Origin: Chiloscyllium plagiosum
Lineage: Eukaryota
Reading direction: 5' to 3'
DNA length: 64,000 nt
Assembly (NCBI RefSeq): GCF_004010195.1
Contig: NC_057719.1
Span: forward strand, 11,479,047-11,543,046
Part shown: positions 37,010-50,012 of the stretch, in pieces
Position numbering within the stretch: the first letter of the stretch is position 1
Layout of the letters: each line of letters starts with the position of its first letter
The notes under the pieces: generated by a model
Databases searched by the model: none
The model's input: the letters and a program-made list of their open reading frames with translations, nothing else
Told to the model about the DNA's origin: nothing
Program-made: the position numbers and the translations under genes

Positions 37010-37155
37010 TGAGCATTGCTAAAAGAAGCAATGTTATCAAAGCTTTTTGTTCTACATTGTTGCTCCTTTTGAAATTTGTTATTCTTGAGTCTTGTCCTGA
37101 TGAGTGCAAGGCAACAGGCTTTGACAACACATTTTTTTCATCAATAATTAAGAGC
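37010..37155. mobile_element. Partially palindromic repeat with a hammerhead-like motif (family 2)
   Basis: ttgtc-CTGATGA-gtgcaaggc-aaca-ggct-tt-gacaa at 37092-37127. The left part is an inverted copy of the right part. Confidence 0.6.
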
Positions 37156-38929
37156 AGAGGAATTATCCCCATGTCCTAATCAAACTTGCCCCATAATCAA
37201 CATCACAAGCACATTCGCTATCATTTACCCCCTTCCTGTACAAAGGTTAGCCGCAACATTTCCAACCTACAGCAAAAACCGCTTCACTGATTTGTTTAAA
37301 TACTTAGCAATACCTGAGTTAATCATTTTGGGTAATTTTGGGACATTTAAGTTAAAGGTTGACGATCTCCTGTGAGGCTATGTTTTGATTAAAAAATATT
37401 TTCAGAGTGGTCCTCAGTGGATTTTTTTTCCATTAGCAATGAGCTTTTAATCATTCACTCCAATTTCCTCTACCCTTTGTCTACTGGTGGTATTAAGTAC
37501 ATACTATGGCTCCAGGCTACTCCTCCCCTCCCCTAGGCTGTTTGAATGCAGAGTGTATTGCAGGTGACCTCGATCCAGAGCAAGGAGAAACTTGCTTCCT
37601 GGCCAATTGTTTGCAGCCGTCTATCCCTGTCCCACACAGAAGCCACATGCAGTACTTCAAACATTGCTTTGGCTGAAACCACATAATAACACACATACAG
37701 GAATCTAATTGTAGTGTAATGGAGAGTGGAGAAATTCAGCAGCCGAGCCAGACAGCATGATTTTTTTTTTATTTTTTGAGGGAAAAAAAACACTTGACTC
37801 TAACTGATAACTGGACAGATATCCTTCTGTTCCTGAGGGAGCTGGAGTTCATTTTTACTGTGCCAATGCTCTTATAGGGCCTGACGAGGCAAAGAAATAT
37901 CTTTAGCCTGAAATGCATTGATGTGCTGACAACCTGGAATACAGATCAATAGCAATATACTCTTCAGGTTGTGTTGGATCTCAGCCATAACAGCACAGCA
38001 AAGCCACACATTTATACAATTGATTCCAACTCTTTGAGAATTGAATGGAGTTTATATACTTTCAAAATTTGCACCCAGTTGGTTTTTCTTTCCTCCCAGT
38101 GCTCTCACTATTTAACCCGTGCTGTTCCTGCTTGTCAGTCCTATGGATGCTGGATGTTCTCTGGTATCTTGCACAAGGTAGATAGATTCCTGATTTACAG
38201 GGGAGTTAAAAGTTTATAGAGGGTAGACAGAAAAACGTGGAGTTGAGACCAAAATCATATCAGTCGAGATCTTATTGGTTCATGAAGCCACATGACCTAC
38301 TCCTGCTTCTTTGAATATATGTATGAATGTAATGATACCAGTTACTGTTCTCTGTTGCTATTCACCAAGGTGTGGTTTCATAGGTTTTCTAACTCTTGAC
38401 GTAGCTTTTCCAGCCAGTCTCCCACATTACATCCTCCCTAAACTCGGTGAGCAGGTCACTAGCACCTTCCCGAGGGCAACTACGGATGAACAATAAATAC
38501 TGATCCAGCCAATAATGCTCATATTCCATGAATGAATTCTTAAAAGCTTAAGTCTATTCAAACTCTGCTACCCATATCCTATGACACATTAAGTCCCAAT
38601 TAACCCATCATCTCTGTGCTCATTGACTTAGCTGATGGACAGTATTGGAAATCACTTTGTACCTACACCCTGATCTGACCACACTTCAATTTTAAAACCC
38701 TCATCATTGTTTTCATATCCCTCCATGCCTCCTCCTTTGCTATCTCTGTCATCTCTTCCACTTCCACAACCCTACAGGATTTCTGTTCTCCTCCATCTCT
38801 GGCATTTTGCACAATCCTGATTTATTTCACCCCTGTTGTTAGTGCCCATGCCTTCAGCTACAAAACTTTAGAATTCCGTAAACGTCTCTCCTTATCTCTT
38901 CCTCCTCTTTCAAGGAACCTCTTAAGGTT

Positions 38930-39617
38930 ACCATCCATGTTCAGTAGGCAGATGGCAGGGCAAATGCAATGTTATCATTCTTTTTGAGAGGGCTAGAATA
39001 CAAAAATAGGGATGTGCTGCTGAGGCTGTGTAAGGTCTCGTTGGATCACATTTAGAAAATTGCGAGCAGTTTGAGCCCATATCTAAGGAAAGATGTGGTG
39101 GCCTTGGAGGGGGTCTAGAGTAGATTTGCAAGAATGATCCCAGCAATGAATGGCCTGTCAAATGAGGAGAGTTTTAGGAGTCAGAGTCTGTACCCGATGG
39201 TGTTTAGAAGGATGAGGGGAATCTTGTTGAAATTTACAGATTACTGAGAGGCCTGGATAGACAAAGCATGGACAAGATTTTTCCACTCATAGGAGGGATG
39301 ACGGCCTGAGACAACAGCCTCAGAATGAAGCGACAACCCTTTAGAACTGAGATAAGGGAAGAATTTCTTCAGTTGGGGGTGGTGAGCCTGTGGAACTTAT
39401 TGCCACAGTGGGCTGTTGAGGCCAAGTCATTGAGGTGTCTTTAAGACAGAAATAGATAGGATCTTGATTAATAGGGTGATCAAGGTTGCGGGAAGAAAGC
39501 AGGAAAATCGGGTTGAGAAACATATCAGCCATGATATGTTTTTTGATATTGGTGATAATCGTCATTATGGTCACCATGATGTTGGCCTAAATCTGCTCCT
39601 ATATATTCTGGTCTTAT
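38930..39617 (+). mobile_element. CR1 LINE 3' fragment
   Basis: Degenerate FRRMRG motif, gaatttcttcag and a tcagccatgat 3'UTR. Confidence 0.8.
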
Positions 39618-40889
39618 TGTGAAGGGTTTTAAAATATGGCTAAGTCAGACAGTTCTTCCAGAGTAGTGATGTTATCCAGTAAGTTTCAGAGACCAGGAAG
39701 CCCCTAGAACATTGAGGGACCTTTTTAAAATCTGGTAGTTTCTGACAAGGGGAGTAAACAAAAAAAAATATTAGTTTGTAGTTGGTTCAGGAAAATGAAG
39801 GATTGGTTTTAGTTTGCAGAACCCAAAGAGTGAACATTTTAGGCAGGTTGGACGATAGCTGTCTGGTGTCAGAGCAAATATACATTGTCTCCTAGAAATG
39901 AGCATAGGACAGTTGAGAGAAGGCATAATTATCTCAGTGGAAAATATTAGTTTGTACAACCACTAAGCGAGGAGTGTTTGGTTAGAAATACACAGGTGTT
40001 TAGATGTTGGGAAAGTCTAAACTGTCAGTTCTGTGAATAGTCATGTAAGAAGACTTAATCATTCACAAGACAGACCTGGAAAATATCAGCTAAGTCGAAC
40101 GGAAGATTTGAAATGGAGAATTCCTCTGTGTTTTAATCTCTGTAAAGGACAGTGCTGGGTAACAATGTAAACTTTTGCTTTGTTATGTGTAATAAGTATT
40201 TGTTCTGTTGTAAAGAAACTCTGCATGAGGGTCTTTAGTGAAATTGGCAAAAGAGGCTTAGTTGGCACTTGGACCATCCATTTGCCTTTCCACCTTGGAT
40301 TTCACTGAGGCCAGAGGTCAGAGGGTGGTGTTGTGCTCAGCCTCACACCATCTAGCCTAATTTAGTGCCCACACTCATGCCTCAGAGGAAGGCATTGAAT
40401 TTCGCTCTATGATCCTATAATATTTGTTGTGAGCAAACAGGCCCATTCGTGTTTAATTACGCATTATGCCCATTTTGTTGACAATCAGAATTCATGGATA
40501 TATTATCTTAACAAATAATACAAGTGATGTGATGTATGACTAAGCTCTGAGCATCCTCTAAGTCTCAACCATTCTATTTTGAAAGGTTCAAAAAAAGTTC
40601 CATTTATATAGCACTTTTGACATAACACACAGTCCCAGGTCACTTCACAGGAGTGTCATCAAGCAAAATATGTCACAGAACCACATGAGGGACATTTGAA
40701 AATGAATTAAAATTGAAAACAGCCAATTGATTAGTCAAAGATCTAAGTTTTAAGGAGTATCTTGAAGGAGGAAAGCAAGATAGACAGGCAGTGGGAAGTA
40801 ATTTCAGAATTTAGAGCCCAAGTGCCTGAAGTTAAGACTTCTAATGATGGAGTGACTAAAGTCAGAACTACAGAAGAGAAGAAAAAGAA

Positions 40890-41362
40890 GAATCAAGAAT
40901 TAGCTTTATTGTCACATGTACTCATATGTCTGCAGTGAAATGTTTACAAGTCACCACTTACAGCACCATCTTAGATACCAAGATACTTAGGTACAGATTC
41001 TTAAGTACAAATTCTGAGGGAAAAAAAGTAGAAAAATAAAGAAATAAAAAGTCCAGCAATAAATTAGAAAATTAGAGAAATGAGAATAATAGTCCTTCCA
41101 ACCCAGACCACACTAGTCTTCACCTCAAGGCTAGGAGACTGAGTTCACACTGAAGCCAGGAGTCTGAGCCCACTCTGAGGCCAGGATTCTAAGTCTATGC
41201 TGAGGCCGGGAGTCTGTGCTGGCTTTCATCTCGGACATCACTGATGCCACCTAAAGACCAGAGTTAAAAATAAAAGGTAAGTAGTGAAAAGTGAGAGAGA
41301 TAAAGGAAAGAAACAGATGGAATTGATGAGCTCCGGCTCATTTTATCCCACCACCATTTTAG
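40890..41362 (-). mobile_element. Non-coding repeat with a 3' tail matching the Rex1 LINE end
   Basis: Reverse complement ends catttcactgcag...gagtacatgtgacaataaa, matching gtacatgtgacaataaa at 46699-46715. Confidence 0.6.
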
Positions 41363-43700
41363 AATCGGGAAGACTTGGAGAGGGAAGAATTAGAGAGCTC
41401 AGCTATCTGAGAAGATAGTGAGGTTGGAAGAGAGTACAGAGATGGGGAGGATGAAACCATAGAGGGATTTTAAATCAAGGATGAGAATTTTAAAATGGAG
41501 ATTCACTTAACCAGGAGCTAATGCTGAATGCCAAGCATTTAGGGAACAAATATATTTGAAACTAATTCACATATTCCTTTCAGACAGAAAGGAAAGAGAT
41601 CAAACTGCAATTGAGCAAGCAGAGTTAAAGATCATATTTCATTAAAGGAAGATCTTTATATTGTTGCCAAATAATTTGTAAGCCTGAGGATTGGGAGGAT
41701 TTTAGAATGTGGTTTGGTTAGAACTTAGTTAGACAGAGCCAGGAGCAATTTTTATTCATTCACAGAATGTGGTCATCATCGGCAAGGGCAACAGTTATTG
41801 CCTATCCCTGATTGTCCAGAGGGCAGTTAAGAAACAATTACATTGCTGTGGGTCTGGACTGATTTGTAGGCCAGACCAGATAAGGATAGCAGTTTCCTTC
41901 CCGAAAGGTCATGAGTGAACCAGATGGGTTTTCTCCCCAATAATGTCACGGTCCTCATTAGACTCTTAATTGCAGGTGTTTTTTTGCTTTTGGCTATTGA
42001 ATTATCCACCATTTGTCATGGCGGCATTCAAACCCCAGAACATTGGGAACAATTGTTCTACAAGAAATGCACAACAGAAATGTGGAGGCTGTTTAAGGAG
42101 CACTTGTTGCGAGTTTTGGATAACTTTGTCCCTCTGAGACAGGCAAGGAATAGTAATGTGAAGGAGCCTTGGATGACAAGAGGGAGGAGCTTCTCGTCAA
42201 GAGGAAGAAGGAATTTACTTAAGGTTAAGGAAGCAAGGATCTGGCACAGCTTTAAAGGATTACAGCGTAGCTCGGAAAGAACTCAAAATGGACTGAGGAG
42301 AGCTAGGAGGGGGCACTAAAAAGCCTTGATGGGAAGGATTAGGGAAAACCCAAAGGTGTTCTACACTTACATGAGGAATAAGAGAATGATCAGAGAGTGG
42401 GTAGGGCCGATCAGCGGTAGGGGAGGCCCTAAATGAGTTTTTTGCTTCAGTATTCACTAAAGACTTGTTGATAGTGAGAACACCGTGGACCAGGTAAATA
42501 GACTTGAACAGATTGATATTAAGAAAGAGGGTTTGCTGGAAATTCTGGGAAACATCAAGATAGATAAGTCCCCAGGGCCAGACCATATTTATCCAGGGTT
42601 ACTACAGGAAGTGAGAAATTAGACTGCTACACCTCTGACGATGATCTTTGTATCCTCGATTTCCACGTGAGTAGTACTGGCTGATTGGAGGGATGCGAAT
42701 GTCGTTCATCTGTTCAAGAAAGGGAATAGGGAAATCCCTGGGAATTACAGACTAGTCAGTCTTACTTATGTGGTTTCGGAAAAGATTCTGAGAGAAAGGA
42801 TTTATGATTATTTGGAAAAACATAGTTTGATTAAAGATAGTTAGCATGGCTTTATGAGCGGCAGGTCATGTCTCACAAGTCTTATTGAGTTATTTAAGGA
42901 TGTGACAAGTTGATAAAGGTCAAGCAGTGGATGTGATGTACATGGATTTCAATAAGGCATTTGATAAGTTTCCCCATTGTAGGCTCATTCAGAACGTTAG
43001 GAGATATGTGAAAAAGGAAAATTTGGCTGTCTGGATACAGAATTGACTGACCGAAAGAAGACAGTGAGTGGTAGTGGGTGGAAAGTATTCAGCCTGGAGG
43101 TCGGTGACCAGTGGTGTCCTGCAGGGATGTGTTCTTGGGCCTCTGCTCTTTGTATTTTTTATTAATAATTTGGATGAAGAAGTGGAAGGGGGGGGTTCAT
43201 AAGTTTGCCGATGACGCAAAGGTTGGTGGTGTTGTAGATAGTGTCAAGGGCTGTTGCAGACTACAACAAGTCATTGACAGGATGCAGAGTTGGGCTGAGA
43301 AGTGGCAGATGGAGTTAAACCTGGATAAATGTGAAGTGATTCATTTTGGAAGATTGAATTTGAATGCTGAATATAGGGTTAAAGATAGGATTTTTGGCAG
43401 TGTGGAGGAACAGTGGGATCTTGGGGTCCATGTACATAAATCCCTCAAAGCTGCCAACCAAATTGATAGGGTTGTTAAGAAAGTTATTAAGGTTGTTTTG
43501 TCTTTCATTAACAGGGGGATTGAGTTTAAGAGCTGCAAAGTTTTGCTATAGCTCTGTAAAACCCTGGTTAGACCATACTTGGAATATTGTGTCCAATTCT
43601 GGTCGCCTCATTATAGGGAAGATGTAGATGTTTTAGAGAGGGTGCAGAGGACATTTACCATGATGCTGCCTGGATTGGAAGGCTTGTCTTACGAAGAGAG

Positions 43701-44877
43701 CCAAGATTAGAGTGGTGCTGGAAAAGCACGGCAAGTCAGGCAGCATCCGAGGAGCAGGAAAATCGACATTTCAGGCAAAAGCGCTTCATCCGGAATGAGA
43801 CTGGGAGCCTCGGTAGTGGAGAGATAAATGGGAGACAGCTGGGACTGGGGGGAAGGTACCTGACAGTGCAATAGGTGGATGGAGGTGGGGGTGAATGTGA
43901 TAGGTTGGAGAGGACGGTGGAGCGGATAAGTGGGAAGGAAGATGGACAGATGGGACAGGTCATGAGGACGGTACTGAGCTGGAAGATTGGAACTGGGATA
44001 AGGTGGGAGGAGGGGAAATGAGGAAACTGGTGAAGTCCACATTGATGCCCTGGGGTTGAGGGAAATGAGGAAACTGGTGAAGTCCACATTGATGCCCTGG
44101 GGTTGAAGAATCCCAAGGCAGAAGATGAGGAGTTCTTCCTCCAGGCGTCGGGTGGTGAGGGAGTGGCGACAGAGGAGGCCCAGGACCTGCATGTCCTCGG
44201 CATAGTGAGAGGGGGAGTTGAAATGTTCAGCCATGGGGCAGTAGGGTTGATTGATGCGGGTATCCTGGAGATGTTCTCTGAAGTGCTCTGCAAGTAGGCA
44301 TCCAGTCTCCCCAATGTAGAGGAGACCGCATCAGGAAAAACGGATACAGTAAATGACGTGTGGAAGTGCGAGTGAAACTTTGATGAATGTGGAAGGCTCC
44401 TTTGGGGTTTTGGACAAAGGTGAGGGGGGAGGCGTGGGCGCAGGTTTTGCAATACCTGCGGTGGCAGAGCAAGGTGCCAGGAGGGGAGGGTGGGTTGTTA
44501 GGGGGCATGGACCTGACCAGGTAGTCGCAGAGGGAACGGTCTTCACGGAAAGTGGATAGGGGTGGGGAGGGAAATATATCTCTGGTTGTAGGGTCCATTT
44601 GTAGGTGGTGGAAATGGCGGAGGGTGATGTGATGTATATGGACGTTGGTAGGGTCAAAGGTCAGGACCAGGGGTGTTCTGTCCTTGTTACTGTTGGAGGG
44701 GTTGGGTTCAAGGGCAGAGGTGCTGGATGTGGATGAGATGCGCATGGGAGGGGAACTTGTGATCTTTAAAGAAGGAGGCCATCTGGTGTGTTCTGTGGTG
44801 GAACTGGCCCTGGGATGCAGAGGTGAAGGAATTGGGAATAAGGGATAGCATTTTTGCAGGAGGCAGGGTGGGAGGAG
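43701..44877 (-). mobile_element. Penelope-like retroelement 3' part (GIY-YIG endonuclease remnant plus terminal repeat with a degenerate hammerhead)
   Basis: Minus-strand RTPLVLTF, C..CKTC, HVIYCIR and AEHFNSPSH...RRLEEELLIFCLGILQPQGINVDF. Terminus ccggatgaagcgcttttgcctgaaatgtcgattttcctgctcctcggatgctgcctgac. Confidence 0.85.
44013..44106 (+). repeat. Perfect 47-bp tandem duplication inside the PLE
   Basis: gggaaatgaggaaactggtgaagtccacattgatgccctggggttga occurs twice in tandem. Confidence 0.95.
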
Positions 44878-45591
44878 GTTGAGTGAGCCAGGGCTTTTCA
44901 CACTGGAAAGAAGGAAGAGAGGTGACTTGATAGAGGTGTACCAGGTAATGAGAGGCATGGAGAAAGTAGATAGTCAGAGACTTTACCCCAGAACAGAAAT
45001 GGCTGTCACGAGGGGTCATAATTTTAAGATGCTTGGAGGAATGTATTGGGGAGCTGTCAGAGATAGGTTCTTTACGCAGAGAGTGGTGAGTGCATGGAAT
45101 GCACTGCCAGCAGTGGTAGTAAAATCAGAGACACTAGGGACATATAAGCGGCTGGTGGACAAGCACATGGATGGCAGTAAATTGAGGAGTGTGTAGGTTT
45201 GGCTGATCTTAGATTAAGATAAATGCTCGGTACAACGTCGTGAGCTGAATGGCCTGTACTGTGTTGTGCTGTTCAATATTCTATTACTTGGGTTTCTAGA
45301 TTAATTGACTAGTGATAATACTGCTCATCATCTCTCCTTTGGTTATAGGGATCGGGTGGGGAAAAGGCATTGAAACATTTGATCAGCCATAATAATATTG
45401 AATGGAGGGGCAGGTTCACCAGACTGAATGGTCTGTTCCTGTTCATTTGTTCCTGGGTAAAAAAAGAGAAAACGAAAGTAGACTAGCAAGAGACATTAAA
45501 ACAGACTGTAAATATTTATATTTGTAAACAACAAAAGGTTGGTGAAAGTAAATGTGGGCCCATTAAAGGCAGAGGCAAGTGAAATTATAAT

Positions 45592-46724
45592 CCATAATCA
45601 GATGCCATATCACTTGCTACTCACTTCTCCCACGAACATCTTGACACCAAGAACAGCTATGTAAGAATCCTACTCATTGACAGCAACACTTTTATCCCCT
45701 CGAGATTGATTACTAAACTTAGTGATCTCAGACTAAGCCCCACTCTCTGCAACTGGATCCTCAGTTTCCAGACCCACAGGCCACAATCAGTGAAGTTCGG
45801 GGACAATATTTCATCCTCACTAACACCAGAACCCCCCCAAGGGTGTGTACTCAGCCCCCTACTGTACTCACTGTATACCCATGACTGCATCGCCAAATAC
45901 CAGACTAATGCCATTTACAAGTTCGCTGATGATACCATCATAGTCGGTCGAATCTCAGGTGGTGACAAAACGGATACAGACCTGGAAAAATGGTACACTG
46001 AGAACAACCTAGCTCTCAATGCCGGCAAAACAAAGGAACTCATGATTGAGTTTCGGCAGAATGTTACTCATGCCCCCCTACACATTAACAGCACAGAGGT
46101 GGAATGAGTGGAGGGCGTCAAGCTCCTGGGCGTGGTCATCCACAACAAGCTGTCTTGGACTCTTCATGTGGACGTACTGGATACAAAGGCCCAACATGTC
46201 TCTTCTTTCGCAGGTAGCTGAGGAAATTTGGTATGACAGTGAATACTTTTGCCAATTTTTATAGGTGCGCCATCGAGAGCATTCTGTCTGGATGTATCAC
46301 TACCTGGTATAGCAACTGTACCATTCAAGATCGGAGACAGTTACAGAGAGTGGTGAACTCAGCCCAGACAATCACATCTATAGAATCCATCTGCCAGGTC
46401 CGCTGTCAAGGAAAGGCCGCCAGCATTCTCAAAGATCCATCTCACTCTGGCAATCTTTTTCTACAACCTCTACTATCAGGGAGAAGGTACAGAAGCCTGA
46501 ACACATGCACCAGCTGGTTTCGAAACAGTTTCTACCCTAATGTTGTTAGAATATTGAATAGACTCACAAACTCTTAACATTTGGTTGTACCTATGTTTTT
46601 GTTTTTGCTGCTGTTTACCTATTATTTACGTATCTATGCTACTTAACTCTGTGATCTGCCTGCATTGCTCGCAAGATACAGCTTTTCACTGTGCCTCAGT
46701 ACATGTGACAATAAATTCAATTCA
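45592..46724 (+). mobile_element. 5'-truncated Rex1/Babar LINE
   Basis: PQGCVLSPLLYSLYTHDC, YKFADDTIIVGRIS, FYRCAIESILSGCITTWY and LLSGRRYRS. 3' end gtacatgtgacaataaattcaattcaa; inserted in a CR1 remnant. Confidence 0.88.
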
Positions 46725-47124
46725 ATGGGGATTAGGAAATGATTATAACATTAAACAAATATTTGATATTCATTTTCACTGTAGAAGATACAAAACCATT
46801 TGAAGTAGGGGTATTCTGTAACCTTCACAGAATAAAGGGATGGCCATTTTGTTCTGAGATGAGGAGAAATGTCTTAAATCAAAGGGTTGTAAATCTTTGG
46901 AATTCTACACTTGAAGAGGTGTGGATGCTCAGTTGTTGACTGTATTCAAGACTTAGATTGATGTATTTTTGAATATTAAAGAAATTAAGCAATATTAAGC
47001 ATTGTGCAAGACGGGAGGAGTTGAGGTAGAAGATCAGCCATGATCTGATTGATTGGTGGAGCAAGGTCAGAGAACTAGATTCTCGTTCTTCCATTCTTCA
47101 GTACGTTTGAAGTATATATTATAG

Positions 47125-47465
47125 GAAACACTGCAGCCAATTTGTACCCTAGTTCCTACACACAGCCATGTGACAATGTCTAAAACATTTCCTTGATTAA
47201 GGGAAACGTGATGCCCAGGACCCCAAGGGGTAGCTCCCTGGTTTGTCTCCACAATAATGCCATGAGGATGTTTTATGTATTTCTGAAAGAACAAATGGCA
47301 CCTCTAATTTACCAAATGATCCAAAATAAGTTGTCTCTAACAATGTACAATTTCCCCAAGCACCACACAGGAATATTAGCCTGGATTTTATGTTCACATC
47401 TTTGGAGTGGGATTTGAACCCACAATGCTTGAGAGAATGGAGTACTGCCCACTGCACTACAGCTG
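47125..47465 (-). mobile_element. DeuSINE (SacSINE1-like) remnant
   Basis: Reverse-complement similarity to 48.3-48.7 kb. Further remnants near 25.5-25.7 and 32.0-32.15 kb. Confidence 0.55.
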
Positions 47466-47904
47466 AAGGTATTTTATTTTTAATCACCCCCCCCCCCCCC
47501 CAAATTGTCATCCCATTTTCCCTGTGAATGCTAATGAAAAAGTCTGTTGGTCCTGAACATCCTTTGATACCATGAGCTAGTGGTTCTCCACTAATTTGTT
47601 GTTGTTGTTCTCTTGTGACCCAGGATAGCCTGCATTGACAGGGTTATTGGCAATGGAATAATGACATTATAAACCAAATCCAATCCTGATTTGCACCCAG
47701 ATTGCGCACAGAGGAGTCACTAGCAGACTTCACTGGATAGCAGTCAGGAATCATACAATGAAAATTTGAACTTGGGTTAGGAGAAAATAAAGACCAGTTT
47801 ATAATTCCCTTCACCAACAAGCATTGTTGATTAGAATCTATAATGAGGTATGGAATTCAATACCCCCTGGTCTGTAGGCATTGGGTGAAGATGTGTCTCC
47901 AGAT

Positions 47905-48215
47905 TGGCACAGTCGCTTGGTGGTCAGCACCAGGGACCTGGATTTGATTCCACCCTCGGGTGACTGTGTGGAGTTTGCACATTCTCCCCGTGTCTTTGTG
48001 GGTTTGTTCGTGTGCTCTGGTTCCCTCCCACAGTCCCAAGATGTGCAAGCTAGGTGGATAGGCCATGCTAAATCACCCAAAGTGTCCTGAGATGTGTAGG
48101 CTATGTGGGTTAGTCATGGGAAATGTAGGGTTACATGGATAGGGTAGAAGTGTGCGTTTGGATTGGATGCTCTTCGAAGGGTCAGTGTGGAATTGATGGG
48201 CTGAATGGCTGAATT
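47905..48215 (+). mobile_element. HE1-type V-SINE
   Basis: V-domain gtggagtttgcacattctccccgtgtc. Confidence 0.88.
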
Positions 48216-48259
48216 TCTTTCAGGGGGAGCGGCAGTAACTATATTGTTGGCAGTGCCCA

Positions 48260-48710
48260 ACTGTTAGTAAGTCAGTTTAGAGCATAGCGAGCACTTGCTG
48301 AGGGGTCAGGGGTCATGAATCTAAGCCCCCACACAGTGGGTCTTGAGCACAAAATATATATTATGCTCCAAATACAGTGCTGGGGTAATGCTGTTCTGTG
48401 AGACAGGTCAGGTTTCTGACCTGAGACATTAAACTAAGGCCCTGTTACTCTTCTAGGTGGATGTATAAGATCCTATGGCACTATTTTGAAGTAGAGCAAA
48501 GGAATTCTCCCCAGTGTACTCACCACCATTTGTCCATCAACCAACACTATCATGGTTTAGTAATTTTCCTCATTGCAGTGTGTGGGAGTTTGCTGTGCAC
48601 AATATAACAGCCTCATTTTCTACATTTTGACAGTAGGTACAATTAAAAAGCACTTCATCGACTTGTAAGAGTTTCAAATTATTAAAGCATGTTTGAAATG
48701 CAAGTCTTTT
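48260..48710 (+). mobile_element. DeuSINE (SacSINE1/AmnSINE1 Deu-domain) copy
   Basis: tgagacattaaactaaggccc...gtggatgtataagatcctatggcactattttgaagtagagcaaaggaattctccccagtgt matches the Deu-domain as recalled. Confidence 0.7.
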
Positions 48711-49019
48711 GTTCCTTGTTTGTGAATCACATCGGAAATGTCAATGTAAAGACAAGGTTTCACACAAGATTATCTGCCTACCAGGATTTTCTGTTTTAGT
48801 TTCAAGTTTCAATGATTTACACATTTTTTTCTTCATTTTTCTTTTTAATTGCTGTATCAGATTGACAAAGCCCAGAAATAGGGAATGTGGCTTTGTAACC
48901 ATATTGCCCATATCACAACAGGGGCTGCATAATACCATCCATTCCAGGTGAAGGACTTTGGAATCCTCCCAAGAAAGATGCAGTAAGGCACAATGAAATA
49001 AACACACATTCATCTTTAT

Positions 49020-49280
49020 CACTCTATCTCCCCCTCCCTCTCCTCTCCAACTATCACCTCTGCTCAGCCCTACTTACCTCTCACCCTCTCCTCTCTTTAT
49101 TGCCCCCCTCCTCTGAGCTCTCTTGTATTCCTCTCAACATCTCCACCTATCTGTCTCCCTTTCTTTTCCCCAGAACTATCCTCTGTGTTTTCCTCCCCAC
49201 ACCCCACCTTTCTTTTTCCCACTACTTTTCCTCTATTTTCCACCATTCCTGTTACTCTTTCTCTCCATCCCATCCCAGCT
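49020..49280 (+). repeat. CT-rich low-complexity tract (a similar tract lies at 22900-23040)
   Basis: Strong pyrimidine skew with no fixed repeat period. Confidence 0.7.
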
Positions 49281-49484
49281 GCAGGAATTTCACCACCTGT
49301 TTTGTTTGTGCAGCAAGCTTTTATAAAATCCTGCAAGCAACTGAAAAGATTTGGGTCTTTGGAGATGGTGGGTGTGGATCAGTGGGTCAATCTCAGTTAA
49401 TACTCATTCTTCCATGAAGTTGAAAACCCAAAAGAAAGTGAGAAGTCATGTGGAAAAATAAAGTACAATTTTCATCTGGCTAGT

Positions 49485-49838
49485 TGGGAGGCACAGTGGC
49501 TGAAGCACTGCTGCTTCACAGCGCCAGGAACTCAGGTTCGATTCTATCCTCGGGTGACTGTCTGTGTGGAGTTTGCACATTCTCCCTGTGTCTGTGTGGG
49601 TTTCCTCTGGGTGTTCCAGTTACCTCCAATAGTCCAAAGATGTGCAGGGTATGTGCATTGGCCGTGCTAAATAGCCCATAGTGTCCAGGGATGGGCAGGC
49701 TGGGTGGGTTAGCCCTGGAAAAATGCAGGGTTACAGGGATAGGATATGGGGGTTGGTCTGGGTGGGATGTTTTTCAGAAAGGCAGTGTGGACTAGATGGG
49801 CCAAATGGCCTGCTTCCACACTAGAGGGATTTTATGGT
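49485..49838 (+). mobile_element. HE1-type V-SINE
   Basis: ggcacagtggctgaagcactgctgcttcacagcgccagg head, V-domain and tail. Confidence 0.9.
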
Positions 49839-50012
49839 TAAAACTGCCTTCCCAGTTATACTCCAAAATTTCCATTACAATATCCCTCTAATTTACCAAA
49901 ACCTTCTGTACCCTGGTATGTGATTTAAATACAAGTAATACTTCAAGAAAACAGTTCCTCATAATTTCTCTCCTGCCACTGAAATTATCCTTCCAGACTT
50001 CTTGAATCGAGA

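Larger units (their letters stand above)
42040..45285 (+). mobile_element. CR1 (HER1-like) LINE ORF2 plus 3'UTR, interrupted by a PLE
   Basis: [27 protein letters not shown] and RGDLIEVYQVMRG. The sequence rejoins across 43700/44878. Confidence 0.92.

Noticed and set aside
43707..44958. Overlapping 175-243 aa ORFs
   Set aside because: These are frameshifted PLE remnants, not an intact gene.
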